Origin: Candidatus Eiseniibacteriota bacterium
GTDB lineage: Bacteria; Eisenbacteria; RBG-16-71-46; SZUA-252
Assembly: GCA_963703225.1 (NCBI GenBank)
Contig: OY969801.1
Location: 804,001-868,000 of the forward strand
Direction of reading: 5' to 3'
Length of the DNA: 64,000 bases
The notes below the pieces were generated by a model, which saw only the letters and a program-made list of their open reading frames with translations, was not told where the DNA came from and ran no database searches. Every line of letters begins with the position of its first letter. The stretch's first letter is position 1. The translations under genes and the position numbers were made by a program. Shown here piece after piece: positions 25,952-37,933 of the stretch.

Positions 25952-28945
25952 TTACGAGGACGGTTTCGAGAGGCGCTGGATTCCCGCCAGTGCCTCTTCG
26001 TTTGCCTTCACGCCGGGCTCGGCCATTCTGTACTGGTAGGCGACCCGCTTGTAGAGGGCCAGCGCCTCGTCGCGGCGGCCGCGCTCTTCGTAGAGGCGGG
26101 CCAGCGTGTTCATCGCCTTGTAGGTATCGATAGGGTCCCCGCTGCCGGGGGCACTCTTGACGATGGCAACCAACTCGGTCTCCGCGCCAGCCATGTCGCC
26201 CGCGGCGATCAGGGCGCGGGCAAGCGCCCACCTGCGTTTCCATTGCCGGAATCCGGGCTGCGTTGCCGGGAGGTTCTCCCGGAACACCTTCACGGCTTCC
26301 GCCGCGTGCCCCTTCGCGAGGGCGAGCTGACCGCCAAGAAACCTCAGATTCTGGCGCTCGAGAGGCGTCGCGCCTTTCTCCAGCTGCCGCTCGTAGCCTC
26401 GGAGCATCGCCTGAGCGGACTCCAGCTTTCCCGTGCGGATCAATGCTTCCATGAGGTGGAGAGAGCTTGCTCCGCGGACCACCAAGATCCTGTTGTTCTG
26501 AGCGGCCTGGACTCGAAACTTCTGCACAGCCTCTTCCGCCCTTCCCATCTCGAGGAGCGCTTGGGCGTGGAAGCGCGTCACCAGTGTTTGATCTGGTCTC
26601 GTGTAGTGGCCGCCCAACTTCCGCTCAAAGCTCGCGGCCATGCGCGCCGCCTCGGAGAACCGGCCCTGGCTGAGTCTCAGGAAGACTTCGCCGGGAGCCG
26701 TGTCGAGCGGCTTTCCGTCATAGCCGGGGATCCCCGCGACCACGTCGATCGTGGCGCGGAGCGAATCGAAGTCGCCCATCGTTCCCTGGGCCCCGGCGAG
26801 GCCGAACAGGGCAGCGAGGTATCTCGGGTCCCTCGCGAGCGCTTCATGATAGGCGGCGAGCCCTCCCTCCAGGTCGCCACTTTGCAGAAGCACTTCCCCT
26901 TTCATCGAGTAGCCGACCGGGTTGTCCGGTTCGGCCCGAATGAGGCGCTCGATGCTTGTAAGCGCGCGATCGTACTCACCCCGATCTCCCAGGACGTCCG
27001 TTATGTGGGTGTACGCGACCACGAACGAGGGATCGATCTCGGTGGCCCGTCCGAGCGCGCTGAGACCCATGTCGTCCATGCCGCCGTGGTAGAGGGCCTC
27101 CCCCAGGCCGTAGAGGAACTCCTTATCGTCGGGGTATCGAACGAGCAGGGCCCGGTACTGGCGTGCCGCGCCCGCGTAGTCCTTCTGGATCACGGCCCCG
27201 AGCGCCATCAACCCATCGCGGTCGCGGCGCGACAGGCGGTCTCCGAGGCGGAGCCCGGTTTGCACTTCCTGCTGAGCGCCGTCGACGTCGGAATTCCACC
27301 ATGTGGCGACAGCCGCGTAATACCACGCGAGGGCGAAGGTGGAATCCGCCGCGATCGCCGCGCGGAATTCCCGTTCCGCATCGGCCCATTTGCTCTTGTA
27401 GAGTTCGTCGAGCCCGTGCACGTAGGCCCTGTAGGCCATTGGGCTCTGGGTCGTGAGGCTCGCCACGTCGACCGCCGACTGGCGGACTCCGAACCCCGCG
27501 CGGGCGAGGCCGTCCCGCAACGACGCGGTGAGCGAGTCGACGGCCGCGAAGAGGCCGCGTTCACCTCCCGCGGTCCGCACCTTGCTGGCCGTGAGCACGG
27601 TGCCGTCGGATGTGGAGGCCACTTCGGCCGCGAGGACGATGTCCGGCTGGGTCGCGTAGATGTACCCGGTCACCACGTAGGCGGCGCCGGCCCGTCCGGC
27701 CACCTCCAGCGCCTCCTTGCCCTTCACGGTCTCGTTCGGCTTTCCCATTTGGCGGAGCACGTCGTGGATCCGTTGGGCGCTCACGACCGGCATCACCTGG
27801 GACTCGCTCAACCCCACGTTTAGAAGGCTGGTCGCGATCGGAGCGGCACCGTGTGGATCGCCCGGCTCCGCCAGGTTCTCGAACGACAGAACCGCGATCG
27901 ACTTCTGGGCCGCCTCTGCCGCGGGTGGCTCGGGCTTGAGGCTGGGACGGTACGGGCCCAGGAGGTAGACCAACGCCGCGACCAGAACAATCGCGACCGG
28001 AACGACGATGCGCCGGGGGAGGCGACGTCTACCGGGAGATCCCGACGTCGGGGCGCTGCTCGTGATGGTCTCGGTGGCGTTCCGCGGACGGCGCCGGCCA
28101 CGCCCGTGAGCGTGGCGGTCCCCGGCGCCGCGGACGCGGCCAGGCGCCTTCAAGTCCGCCGCCAAGTCGTCCGCGTGCTGATACCGGAGCGCCGGATCCT
28201 TCTTCATGCACTTGAGGACGATCCGCTCCAGCTCGAGCGGGATTCCGCTTCGAAGCGCCGAGGGCGCCTCCGGCTCATGATGCTGGACCGCGTAGAGCGA
28301 AGCCTCCGGGCGGTCGCCGGCGAAGGCTCGCGTACCCCGGTCAGCGCCTCGTAGAGCACCGCACCCAGCGAGAAGAGGTCGCTCCTCCCATCCAGCGGCG
28401 TCCCGCGCGCCTGCTCCGGGCTCATGTACGCCACCGTGCCCGGCGTGAATCCCTCGGCGGTGAGGTGGGTCGCGCCTTCGAGGTGCGCGATTCCAAAGTC
28501 GGTCAGCTTGGCGTCGCCCTCGGGGGTGACCAGGATGTTGGCCGGCTTGACGTCCCGGTGGACGACTCCCTTCGCGTGCGCGTGGGCGAGGGCCCCCGCG
28601 ATCGAGATTCCGGTCGCGATGACTTCAGGGATGGGAAGAGGGCGATGGGCGATCCTCGCGGCGAGGGTCTCCCCCTCGACGTACTCCATGACGAGGCAGG
28701 AGCGCACGCCGTCGCTCTCGAGCGCGTGGACCGCGGCGATGTTCGGGTGGGAGAGCGACGCGAGCGATCGTGGCTTCCCGGCGCAGGCGCTCCTGTGCCT
28801 CGGGGTCGCCGGCGGCGGCCTGGGGCAGGAACTTGAGCGCGACGCGCCGGCCCAGGCGCTCGTCTTCCGCGAGGAAGACCTCGCCCATGCCGCCCTGGCC
28901 CAAGGGCCCCAGAATCCGGTAGTGGAGGAAGCGCTCCGCCCCCAT
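25952..28945 (-). CDS. Ser/Thr protein kinase with TM segment and C-terminal TPR repeats; at least two frame disruptions (near 28700-28720 and 28210-28340)
   Basis: Kinase subdomains [39 protein letters not shown] across three frames; long TPR-like C-terminal region. Confidence 0.7.
25954..25998. repeat. 45-bp hairpin-forming repeat, copy 2 (overlaps the last codons of the Ser/Thr kinase gene)
   Basis: 40/45 identity with 23092-23136; stem AGAGGCGCTGG / CCAGTGCCTCT (one G-U). Confidence 0.5.
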
Positions 28946-29057
28946 GGGGAGACCTTACCGGCGCGGCCCGGGGAAGTCGAGGGAGTAGGGCCAGAGTGGG
29001 CCGGCCCCTATCGCCGGCCAAAATTGAGCCGATTCGTTTTGACAGCGATGGGGCCGC

Positions 29058-31630
29058 GTGGTAACAATCGGCTGGCTTTCCGGAGCCGCCCCGAAAAGGC
29101 TCCGCGAGACGCCTGCCCCGATTGACGAACACCACGGACGGAGTCTACCACGAAGCAGCGCGTCACAATCGCCACGCATCCCGCCCGCTTCGGGCGCCTC
29201 ACCGGCACTTTCGCCGCTCTATTCTTCGTCTTTGTCCTGCTCTCTCTTCTCCGCGCCACCCGCCGCCGCCCAAACCGCCGATGATTTGAAGCGGCAGGCC
29301 GAGCAGATGGGCGTGAAGTCGGAGGCGGAGGCGATCCGCAAGGCCAAGGAAGCCGGGCTCACGCGCGACCAGATCCGCCAGGCGCTTCGAGAGGCCGGAT
29401 ACAGCGACGCGAAGGCGGAGGAAATCATCGGCGGGGGCGCCGCGAGCTCCGCGACCGGGAGCGCCGGGTCCTCGTTCACCGCGCCCTCGATTCTCGATTC
29501 AGCCGCGGTGGCTCCGGCAATGGTTCCGCCTCCGCGGGGCGACGCTCAAGCCCGAGGATTATCCCGAGTTCACCAAGGAGATCGCGCGGCGCGTTCCCGG
29601 CGCGCCCGCCATCCTTCCCTTCGGATACGAGATCTTCGGCTACGTCGCGTCGACGTTCGAGCCTCTGGCGGCGGGTCCGGTCGATCCCGACTATCCGATC
29701 GGCCCCGGCGACGAGGTCATCATCTCCGTCTGGGGCGACAACGAGTTCACGCACGCCGCCATCGTGACCCGCGAGGCCACGATCAGCGTGCCCGACATCG
29801 GCCAGGTCGTGCTGAACGGCCTCACGCTCTCCCAGGCCAAGCGCCTGATCACGGACCGGCTCGGCATGGTCTACTCGGGAATTCGGGCGCGCCGGCCCAC
29901 GACGTTCGTCGACGTGACGCTGGGCAAGCTCCGCACCATCCAGGTCTTCATCCTGGGCGACGTGGTCCGCCCCGGCGGCTACACGATCTCCTCGGTGAGC
30001 ACCGTGCTGAACGCGCTCTATAACGCCGGCGGTCCCACCTCCCGCGGCTCGATGCGCGACATCCGGATCATCCGGCACAACCAGATCTGGAAGGACGTCG
30101 ACCTCTACGGATACATCCTCACCGGCAACAAGGCCGAGGACGTGCGGCTCCAGAGCGGCGACGTGGTCTTCGTGCCGCCGGCGGGGAAGGTGGCCGCGGT
30201 CCTGGGCCAGATCCACCGGAGCGCCATCTACGAGCTGGCGCCGGGCGAAGGATTCCGGGATCTCTTGAGGCTTGCCGGCGGGATTCAGTCGACCGCCGTG
30301 GAGACTCGCGCGCTCGTGGACCGGGTGGTCCCGTTCGGGCAGCGCGACTCGCTGAGGGGCGAGGATCGCATCGCGCTGGATCTCCCTCTCCGCGAGATCC
30401 TGGCGGACAGCACGCAGAATCCCGACCTGTTCGACCGCGACATCATCCAGATCTTCCGGGTGGGGGAGGAGCGGAAGAACACGGTCTCGATCGCGGGGAG
30501 CGTGGTGATGCATCCCGGCACCTACGAGCTGCGGCCCGGGATGAGGGTTTCGGACTTGCTGAACGACGCCGGCGGGTTGAAGCCCGACGCGTACATGGAT
30601 CGCGCGACGCTGGTGCGGACCTCCGAGGACCGGCGGCGCAGCACGAAGCCCTTCAACGTGAGGCTCGCGCTGGAGCACGAGCCCACGAACGACCTGGAGC
30701 TGCAGAAGCTGGACGAGATCACGCTCCGCTCGATCTGGGAGATTCAGGAGCGGCACACGGTCTCGATCGGCGGGAGCGTCCGCGAGCCCGGGACCTACGA
30801 ATACCTCGACGGCATGACCGTGATGGATCTGATCTTCCGGGCCGGCGGGCTGAAGGAGTCGGCGTACAAGCAGGAGGCGGAAGTCTCCCGCGTGGACTCG
30901 ACCACGATCGTGACCAAGCAGGCCGCGGAGGTCTTCCGGGTTCCGATCTCGGCGAACTACGCCGTCCACTCCGCCGACACCACGTTCGCGCTCCAGCAGT
31001 GGGACCAGGTATACGTCCGGGAGATTCCCGACTGGCAGATGCAGCGCAACGTGAAGGTCACGGGCGAGGTGATCTATCCCGGCACCTATTCGATTGAAGG
31101 ACAAGGATGAACGGCTGTCGTCGGTGCTGGCCCGGTCGGGCGGGTTGAAGCCGACGGCCTATCCGAAAGCGGCGGTGTTCGTGCGAAACAAGGGTGGCGC
31201 GGGGCGGCTGGCGCTGGACGTGAAGGACGTGGCCAAGCACAAGGACAGCCGGTACGACATCGCTTTAGAGGATGGCGACAGCCTCAACATTCCCAAGGAG
31301 CCGAAGACGGTCAAGGTCGCCGGCGCGGTCGGATTCCCATCGAGCGTGCTCTACGAGCGGGGGAAGTCGCTGGGCTATTACATCGACCAAGCCGGTGGAT
31401 ACACCGACGAGTCGGACAAAGGCCGGGTGAAGATCGTCCAGCCGGACGGGAAGGTGAAGCCGGTCAAGAAAATGTGGTGGGACCCGGAGCCGCAGCCCGG
31501 CGCATTGGTCGTTGTGCCGCCGAAACCGCCCGTGGAGAAGAAGGAGACACTCAAGGACGTCGCAACCATCATGACCATCATTACGGGGGCCGTGACGACG
31601 ATCTTTATCGCCCATGAGGCGACGAAGTGA
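29058..31630 (+). CDS. polysaccharide export protein, Wza/GumB-like with multiple SLBB domains; start uncertain, frame disruptions near 29500-29560 and 31080-31110
   Basis: PGDEVIISVWGDNEFT..., repeated SLBB-like units, C-terminal segment ending at 31630. Confidence 0.7.
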
Positions 31631-32568
31631 CGGGACGCCGTCCCGGGCGCCCTTGGTGGGACATCGCCGCAAACCTGAGCCGACTCCCGCAGCTTGCCAT
31701 TGTTGGGATCGCGGGCGCGGTGCTCGCGTATGCCGCATCGAAGTTGGTACCTGCTGACTACGAATGCCAGTCGGCCCTCCTGCTGGACTCAGGCACGACG
31801 CTCTCTGGCCTCGGGAACGTCGCAAGTCTCGTAAACATGGTTCAACCGACTCTGCTCGGCGTGTCCGGTGAGGGCCAGCGCGCCTACAGCTATATCGCCG
31901 TTGCGCAAAGCCGGACCATTCTGGAGCGGATTCTCCAGAGCTCCACCCCTGAGGGCAATGGTGCCAGGCTCTTCTTCGAAGATTTCGCTCCCACCTCGGG
32001 CAGCCCGGCACGAAGAATGGAGACGGCAGTCTCCCGTCTCCGGGGCCACGTCCGCGGGAACTATTCCTCTAAGACATTCATTCTCACGATCACGGTCGGC
32101 GATAGGCACCCCGGGCACTCCAAGGCCATCACTGAAAATCTCATTCGCTACCTTCGGGAATTCAACTCAGCGACCCGAGTGTCTCGTGCGCGAGAGGCAC
32201 GGGAGTTCATCGCACAAAGGACCCTCGATGCAGGTGATTCATTGGCCGAGGCGGAGAGCCGCCTCGTCGAATTTAGGCGGGAAAATGTTCGAATTGGCGG
32301 GTCCCCTACGTTGCAATTGACCGAGACAAGGCTAACGAGGCGCGTTCGCATTTGCGAGGATGCATACTCACTCCTGTCCCAACAACTCGAAATCGCCAGA
32401 ATTGAAGAGAAACGAGAGGCGCCCACCTTCTCAGTCGTCGACAGTCCTCAGGAATCCAGTCGGCCCAGGCGAGTGCCGGGCCCGCTGGCTCTAGTGCTGG
32501 GCGGCGTCTGCTCCGTTGGCATACTATTGTTGGCCTCGGCAGTTAGGCAGGCGTTGCGTGGCGATTAG
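31627..32568 (+). CDS. polysaccharide chain-length determinant (Wzz/PCP-like) protein
   Basis: 313 aa; GTG overlaps upstream stop; N- and C-terminal TM helices flanking a periplasmic helical region. Confidence 0.6.
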   Translation: MTGRRPGRPWWDIAANLSRLPQLAIVGIAGAVLAYAASKLVPADYECQSALLLDSGTTLSGLGNVASLVNMVQPTLLGVSGEGQRAYSYIAVAQSRTILERILQSSTPEGNGARLFFEDFAPTSGSPARRMETAVSRLRGHVRGNYSSKTFILTITVGDRHPGHSKAITENLIRYLREFNSATRVSRAREAREFIAQRTLDAGDSLAEAESRLVEFRRENVRIGGSPTLQLTETRLTRRVRICEDAYSLLSQQLEIARIEEKREAPTFSVVDSPQESSRPRRVPGPLALVLGGVCSVGILLLASAVRQALRGD

Positions 32569-34012
32569 TTCCAAGCCCCTACGCGGAGCGTGGCTTGGGA
32601 ACGCCGGGAATGGGGCCTGGATCCTAGCTGCCGCTCTGGCGGGAGGGGCGGCAGGCTCCAGTGTCGTGGGATTGGTGTTTGTTGGGACGGCAGCATTGGC
32701 GATCGCTGCCGTGTTCTTTCCTCTGCAGGCTGCGATTTGCTCCATCTGCATCCGACCGCTGATTGATGTCTTCTGGTACGCGGAGGTTCTTGCCTCTGGC
32801 GGAATCGCGATCAATGCCCAATCAATCCTGGGCGCCATAATTCCCCCTGCGATCCTCTTGGGTTTGCTCCGTGACGGATGGAAACCGAAACCCTCGCCTG
32901 TGATCTTGCTAGCTGGCCTCTACGGCGTGGTGTGTTTGTGGGACGTTTGGGTTGCGCCGAGCCGGGGAGTGGCGCTGGGCGACTTCGGTAGGTTGGCCCT
33001 TCCTCTCGTTTTCGTCGCTCTTGGGGAGCATCTGGCCACGACGGGACTTCGGCCGATGCGCCTTGCAGCGATCCTAGCCCTCTACAGTGTCGTGGCCGTT
33101 GCTACCGGGGTAATGCAGATTGCTGGGTTCATCTCACCAAGGGAAGGCGCGGTCACATCATCCGGTGAGTTGACCAGACTTACAGGCCTCTACCACCACC
33201 CCCTGGACCTAGCCTGGCGCTCAGCGATCAGTCTGCCGTTCGCCCTGATGCTGGCGCGGTCGTTAGAGGGACGGCTGCAAAGAGTCACCATGTATGGTTG
33301 GGCGGCTGTGTGCACAATCATCGCATTCGCTTCGCTCGCCCGGGTGGCGTTCGTTGCAACCACAGTGCAGGTCGCCATGTGGCTGTGGAAGCAAGGACGA
33401 CGGAGATCGGTTGTAGTTGCTGTCCTTCTGACGGCCATGGCCGCGAGCCTGTTCTCCCCTGTAAGGATTGCTGTGGAGCAAGCGATCCGTCCTGTTGTCG
33501 AGGGCAAGTACTACGAATTGGGCACGGGCCGAGGTCTTTTGTTTGTTGCCCAGGCCCGGGCATTTCTGGCCGGTACTCCCATACAGAAGGTGCTAGGTCA
33601 TGGGCTTCACACCAGCCCTGGATTGACCGTTGAATACAACCCAATACCATTCGTTGACCTCGGAGGACCCGAGTCGATTGAAGGGCAGCTCAGCGCCCAC
33701 AATCAGTTCCTGAGGCCCCTCGTGGAGTCGGGAATCGTAGGGGCAGTGTCGCTCCTCCTGATCTTTGTTGGAGGTTTTGCTGCTTCCCAACGTCTCACGA
33801 CGGTGACGCTGGATCCTCACTTGAGAGAACTGGGTGTGGCAGTTGGAGTCCTCTTTACTGGTTTTGCTGTCTACTCGCTGAGCTCGCAGCCTCTTGATCG
33901 CCCTCCGATCACATGGCCGCTTTGGGCCGTCCTCGGCTACGTAACGCAGGTCGTCAGCAAGGCGGCTGCCATGGGCCCCTCGACGCCCAATCCGGACGGA
34001 GGGAACCCGTGA
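32558..34012 (+). CDS. O-antigen ligase/polymerase family membrane protein (Wzy_C-like)
   Basis: Multi-TM protein with periplasmic loop SAHNQFLRPLVESGIVG typical of the O-antigen ligase/Wzy family; start codon uncertain. Confidence 0.65.
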   Translation: MAISSKPLRGAWLGNAGNGAWILAAALAGGAAGSSVVGLVFVGTAALAIAAVFFPLQAAICSICIRPLIDVFWYAEVLASGGIAINAQSILGAIIPPAILLGLLRDGWKPKPSPVILLAGLYGVVCLWDVWVAPSRGVALGDFGRLALPLVFVALGEHLATTGLRPMRLAAILALYSVVAVATGVMQIAGFISPREGAVTSSGELTRLTGLYHHPLDLAWRSAISLPFALMLARSLEGRLQRVTMYGWAAVCTIIAFASLARVAFVATTVQVAMWLWKQGRRRSVVVAVLLTAMAASLFSPVRIAVEQAIRPVVEGKYYELGTGRGLLFVAQARAFLAGTPIQKVLGHGLHTSPGLTVEYNPIPFVDLGGPESIEGQLSAHNQFLRPLVESGIVGAVSLLLIFVGGFAASQRLTTVTLDPHLRELGVAVGVLFTGFAVYSLSSQPLDRPPITWPLWAVLGYVTQVVSKAAAMGPSTPNPDGGNP

Positions 34013-34014
34013 CC

Positions 34015-35508
34015 ATGCCGGTGGCAGAGGCTAGGCGCGGTGAACTCCGGTTGGAGCAACCGCTGAGGACGGGCCGCTTTAGGATTCCGGCTGTCCTGCA
34101 AACCTACCTCGTGCTCCTTGCCGGGCACATCGTTTCGAAGGGCCTAGTATTTGTAAGTACGGCCATGGCGACTCGAGCCATTGGACCCGCACAGGCGGGA
34201 ATTCTCGGTGCTTGCACAACGATTGTCGCGTACCTGTGGGTGTTGGCCAACTGCGGCATGGATGTCATCGGAACGAGGCAAATCGCGGGTCGACGGGAAC
34301 GTGTACGCGATACAGCCCTCGAGATCGTCCCGTTCCGCCTCTCGGTAGCGACCGGGGCAACGATCCTGTCCATCATTGCCGGGTTTACCGGCCTGGTTCC
34401 AATTGGGCTGATCTTGCCGCTTGGTGTTGCAGTCATAGCGTACTCCTTTCGAGTCGACTGGATATTGCTGTCGATGGGTATGGACCGCGCGATTTCCTTC
34501 GCTGCAGTTGCGCGCGAAGCGACCTACCTGCTGCTAGTCGCGATCTTCGTGGTGACGTCGCGAGCATTGACTTCGGCGCTCTGGGCATTCGCCCTCGCAG
34601 AAGTGGTCTGGTCAATCCTAACGCTCCTGACCGCGGGGACCTGGCTCCGCCGCTCCGGGTCACAGCGTGACCCGAGGACATGGTCAGGGAGGAGCGGACT
34701 GATGTGGGCCGGCGTGCCTGTCGCCCTCATGAGCCTGATGGCGCTCAGCTACAACAAGATCGACTCCTTGATGCTCGTATGGATGCGCAGTAGCCACGAG
34801 GCGGGGATCTACCTGGCCGCCTATTCGGTGGTCTTCGGCGCCAGTGGACTCGCTGGCGTGTTTTCGAGGTCGGCGTTCGCGCACATGGTGCGTGCGGGGG
34901 GGGAATCCCCCACCGCTGCGTTACCAGGGGGCGTCCGCGTGAGCATCTACACCGCCTGCTGTGGGGCTGCCGTTGCGACTCTCATCTATGCATGGGCCGG
35001 CCACATCATGAGTGGTGTCTACGGCCCGGAATTTGCCGCCGGTGCCGGCCCTCTACGCACTCTGATTTGGTGCGTCTGGGCTGCTTACGCGTACGGTGTT
35101 TTGCAGCAGGGGGCGATCGTCGCTGGCAGGCAAGGGGCGGTCGCCATTGCGACCGTTGCGGCAGTTGCCCTGAATATCGGACTCAATACTTGGCTGATTC
35201 CTAGAGAGGGAATGCAGGGGGCGGCGGTTGCAAGCGTCGTGGCAGAGTGTGCCGTTCTTGTAGGTGTCCTTCTTACGTACAGGCGCCAACGTGGTTTCGC
35301 GGTTCTTGCTGCGGCCTTGTTGTCAACGGCCCTGGCAGCTTGGCTCGCGATGGCGATCATGGGCACGGAGATTCACAAGGTGTCCGCCGGCTCTATCGTC
35401 CTTGCTGCGGCCACATTCATTACCGTCGCGTTAGGTGTAACTCTTCCGCTCACCCAGCTTGTCGGTGGAGGAAATGCTCGTGCAAGGCACGTCGGCCATA
35501 CAACCTAG
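34015..35508 (+). CDS. polysaccharide flippase (Wzx/MOP superfamily)
   Basis: ATG 2 nt after upstream stop; ~12 predicted TM helices; MOP-flippase-like pattern. Confidence 0.65.
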   Translation: MPVAEARRGELRLEQPLRTGRFRIPAVLQTYLVLLAGHIVSKGLVFVSTAMATRAIGPAQAGILGACTTIVAYLWVLANCGMDVIGTRQIAGRRERVRDTALEIVPFRLSVATGATILSIIAGFTGLVPIGLILPLGVAVIAYSFRVDWILLSMGMDRAISFAAVAREATYLLLVAIFVVTSRALTSALWAFALAEVVWSILTLLTAGTWLRRSGSQRDPRTWSGRSGLMWAGVPVALMSLMALSYNKIDSLMLVWMRSSHEAGIYLAAYSVVFGASGLAGVFSRSAFAHMVRAGGESPTAALPGGVRVSIYTACCGAAVATLIYAWAGHIMSGVYGPEFAAGAGPLRTLIWCVWAAYAYGVLQQGAIVAGRQGAVAIATVAAVALNIGLNTWLIPREGMQGAAVASVVAECAVLVGVLLTYRRQRGFAVLAAALLSTALAAWLAMAIMGTEIHKVSAGSIVLAAATFITVALGVTLPLTQLVGGGNARARHVGHTT

Positions 35509-36692
35509 AAACGAGCAGGTGCGGACTGCGGCACCAGCAGTCGGTCCGGCCCGTTTCGCACGCCTACCGCGATTGCTTGTGATTGCACAGTTACCGCCGC
35601 CAACGCATGGCGTAAGCGCCATGAACGAACTTCTGATTGGTTCCCGCGCGCTCCGCAGCAGGTTTCAACTGGATGTTCTACCGTTGAAGTTTACCCGCTC
35701 CATCAAGGACGTGGGATATGCGAGCGCACGTAAGCTTGCCCAACTGCCGGCCGTATGGGCCCGACTAATCGCCAAGTGCATCGTGCGCACCCCGAACGCG
35801 ATCTACTTCACACTGGCGCCGACTGGAATCGCATTCTTTCGCGATCTCACCATCGTCGCTATCGGCTAAGACACTCCGGATACCCATGGTCTTGCACCTG
35901 CATGGCCGAGGCATCGATGAATACCGGGACGACGCTGTTAGAAGGTGGTTCTACAAATGGACCTTCGCTGGTACCTGGGTCATTCTCCTGTCTACTCGGC
36001 TCTACGGGGAAATCGCGCCTTACGTCAAGCGTGAGCGGTGTTGGGTCGTCCCGAACGGAGTGCCACCAAGCGATGAATTGGACGGGGAATCGGCACCCGT
36101 ATCCCGGACGGGAATAGTACGCATTGTGTTTCTGTCCAACATGATTCCGGAAAAGGGACCACTTGAAGTTGTTGGAGCAGTCGAGCGGCTGCATCGGGAG
36201 GGAATCCGTGTGACCGCCAGCTTGGTGGGGGAGGAACAATCGACCGCGTTTCAGAGAGTGCTCTTGAGCCGCATTAGTGCTGCGGGCCTTGGCGACATCG
36301 TGGAGTATAGCGGCCCAATGCATGGCCGGGCTAAGTGGCAATGCCTTCTTCGGAGTGACATTTTCGTGTTTCCATCGTCGTACAAGTATGAGGCGTTCCC
36401 GCTGGTCATCCTAGAAGCCATGGCGGCGAGCCTGCCAGTAGTGGCTACTGATATCGGCGCCGTTGGCGACATGGTTGTCGACGGCGAAACTGGGTTTCTC
36501 GTGCCGCAGGGTGATTCGGAGGCTCTTGCAGACAAGCTCCGGATGCTTTGCAACGATTCAGACCTAAGACACCGGATGGGTGCGGCGGGGAAGGAACGGT
36601 TCCAGGCGAAGTTCTCGTTTGAGCGATTCGAGACCTCGATGGCCAAGGTGCTCCAGGCGGCCATGGGCACACGGGGGCGCGTGGATGCATAG
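35459..36692 (+). CDS. glycosyltransferase family 4 (GT-B); frame disrupted with in-frame stop at 35867-35869
   Basis: N-terminal half ends at TAA; C-terminal half in next frame has EAFPLVILEAMAASLPVVATDIGAVGDMVVDGETGFLV (GT4 E-x7-E region). Confidence 0.65.
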
Positions 36693-37932
36693 TAATCGTC
36701 AGTCAGGGGCCGTTGTCACGGGGATGCCAGCCTCTGTCGTGGCAAGCCAAAGCGCCGTCCGGCCTGATCCGCCGAAAATCCGCGTCGCTGTATTTCAGCG
36801 GATGGTGCCTGAGTATCGAGTACCCGTTCTAGATAGGCTCGGCGCAGTAGACGACCTAGAACTGACAATCTATTCGACGCGGTTCGCGGGCCCATTCGCC
36901 CACGCGACTGCAGTTAGCGTCGGTGAGCTTCGCGTGGGGCGCGTCCGGCTCCACCCTCGCGTTCTCTCGCAGGAGGTTCGCCAGGGGTACGACGTCCTGG
37001 TCTGTGAGGGGGGTCTTTCACTGGTGACGTCCGTCGCCCTGGCGCTCGGCCGCGCGCGAGTTCCTGTGGTCTGGTGGACCTCACTTTGGAACCGAAGGGG
37101 AGGCGTCCAGGTCGGGAGCGGCCTCCGAGGAATGCTGACGGCAGCGGTACTCAGGCGCTGTGCCGCAGTTGCGACGTACTCAAACACCGCTAAGCGGGCT
37201 GCGATTGGGGCCATGGGCCGGTCTGACAGGGTCTTTGTCGCGGCCAATTCACTGGACACAGTCCTCCTTGGTTCCGCGGAGCGCGAATGGCGGGAGGACG
37301 GCCGGCACCTTCGCAGCTTCGCCGCCGCGAATCGCCTGACGGGCGCGCGGATCGCGCTTTTCTCTGGCCGGATGACGAGAGATAAGCGGATTCCTGACCT
37401 GATTGAAGCTTTCGACCAGCTTGCAAGGCACTATCGCGAGGAACCGCTTCGACTAGTCCTCCTTGGCGATGGACCCGAGCGGAAACGGATTGAGCGGGAG
37501 ATTCAATACCGCGGGCTCGGGTCTCGGATCCTGCTGTGCGGCGATGTAAGGGACTACAGGGTCTCTTGCCCCTATTTTCTGCTCGCCCGGGCGGTGGTCC
37601 TTCCCGGAACGGGAGGCTTAGCACTGAATCAAGCGATGACGCATGGCGCTCCCGTGATTGCTGCGAGAGGGGACGGAACCGAGCTCGACCTGATTCAAGA
37701 AGGAATCAATGGATTCCACGTTGCAACCGGTGACGTTGGAACCCTAAGGAATCGAATGGAGCAATTGCTCCTCGCGACCCCCGATGAATGGCGCCTAATG
37801 TCTGAGGCCGCACGGTCGGCCATTCGAAGCCGTGCGAACGTGGACGCAATGATATCTGGTCTTGTAGCGGCCATTCGACATGCGGCCGATTCTCGACCTG
37901 GGTTCAAGATCCAGCAGGCAGTGCGAGACTAG
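36685..37932 (+). CDS. glycosyltransferase family 4 (GT-B)
   Basis: ATG overlaps upstream stop; C-terminal LNQAMTHGAPVIAARGDGTELDLIQEGINGFHV motif. Confidence 0.75.
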   Translation: MHSNRQSGAVVTGMPASVVASQSAVRPDPPKIRVAVFQRMVPEYRVPVLDRLGAVDDLELTIYSTRFAGPFAHATAVSVGELRVGRVRLHPRVLSQEVRQGYDVLVCEGGLSLVTSVALALGRARVPVVWWTSLWNRRGGVQVGSGLRGMLTAAVLRRCAAVATYSNTAKRAAIGAMGRSDRVFVAANSLDTVLLGSAEREWREDGRHLRSFAAANRLTGARIALFSGRMTRDKRIPDLIEAFDQLARHYREEPLRLVLLGDGPERKRIEREIQYRGLGSRILLCGDVRDYRVSCPYFLLARAVVLPGTGGLALNQAMTHGAPVIAARGDGTELDLIQEGINGFHVATGDVGTLRNRMEQLLLATPDEWRLMSEAARSAIRSRANVDAMISGLVAAIRHAADSRPGFKIQQAVRD

Positions 37933-37933
37933 C

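Noticed and set aside
25883-27823. 646-aa plus-strand ORF
   Set aside because: Antisense to the TPR Ser/Thr kinase; the minus-strand reading shows kinase subdomains and TPR-like sequence.
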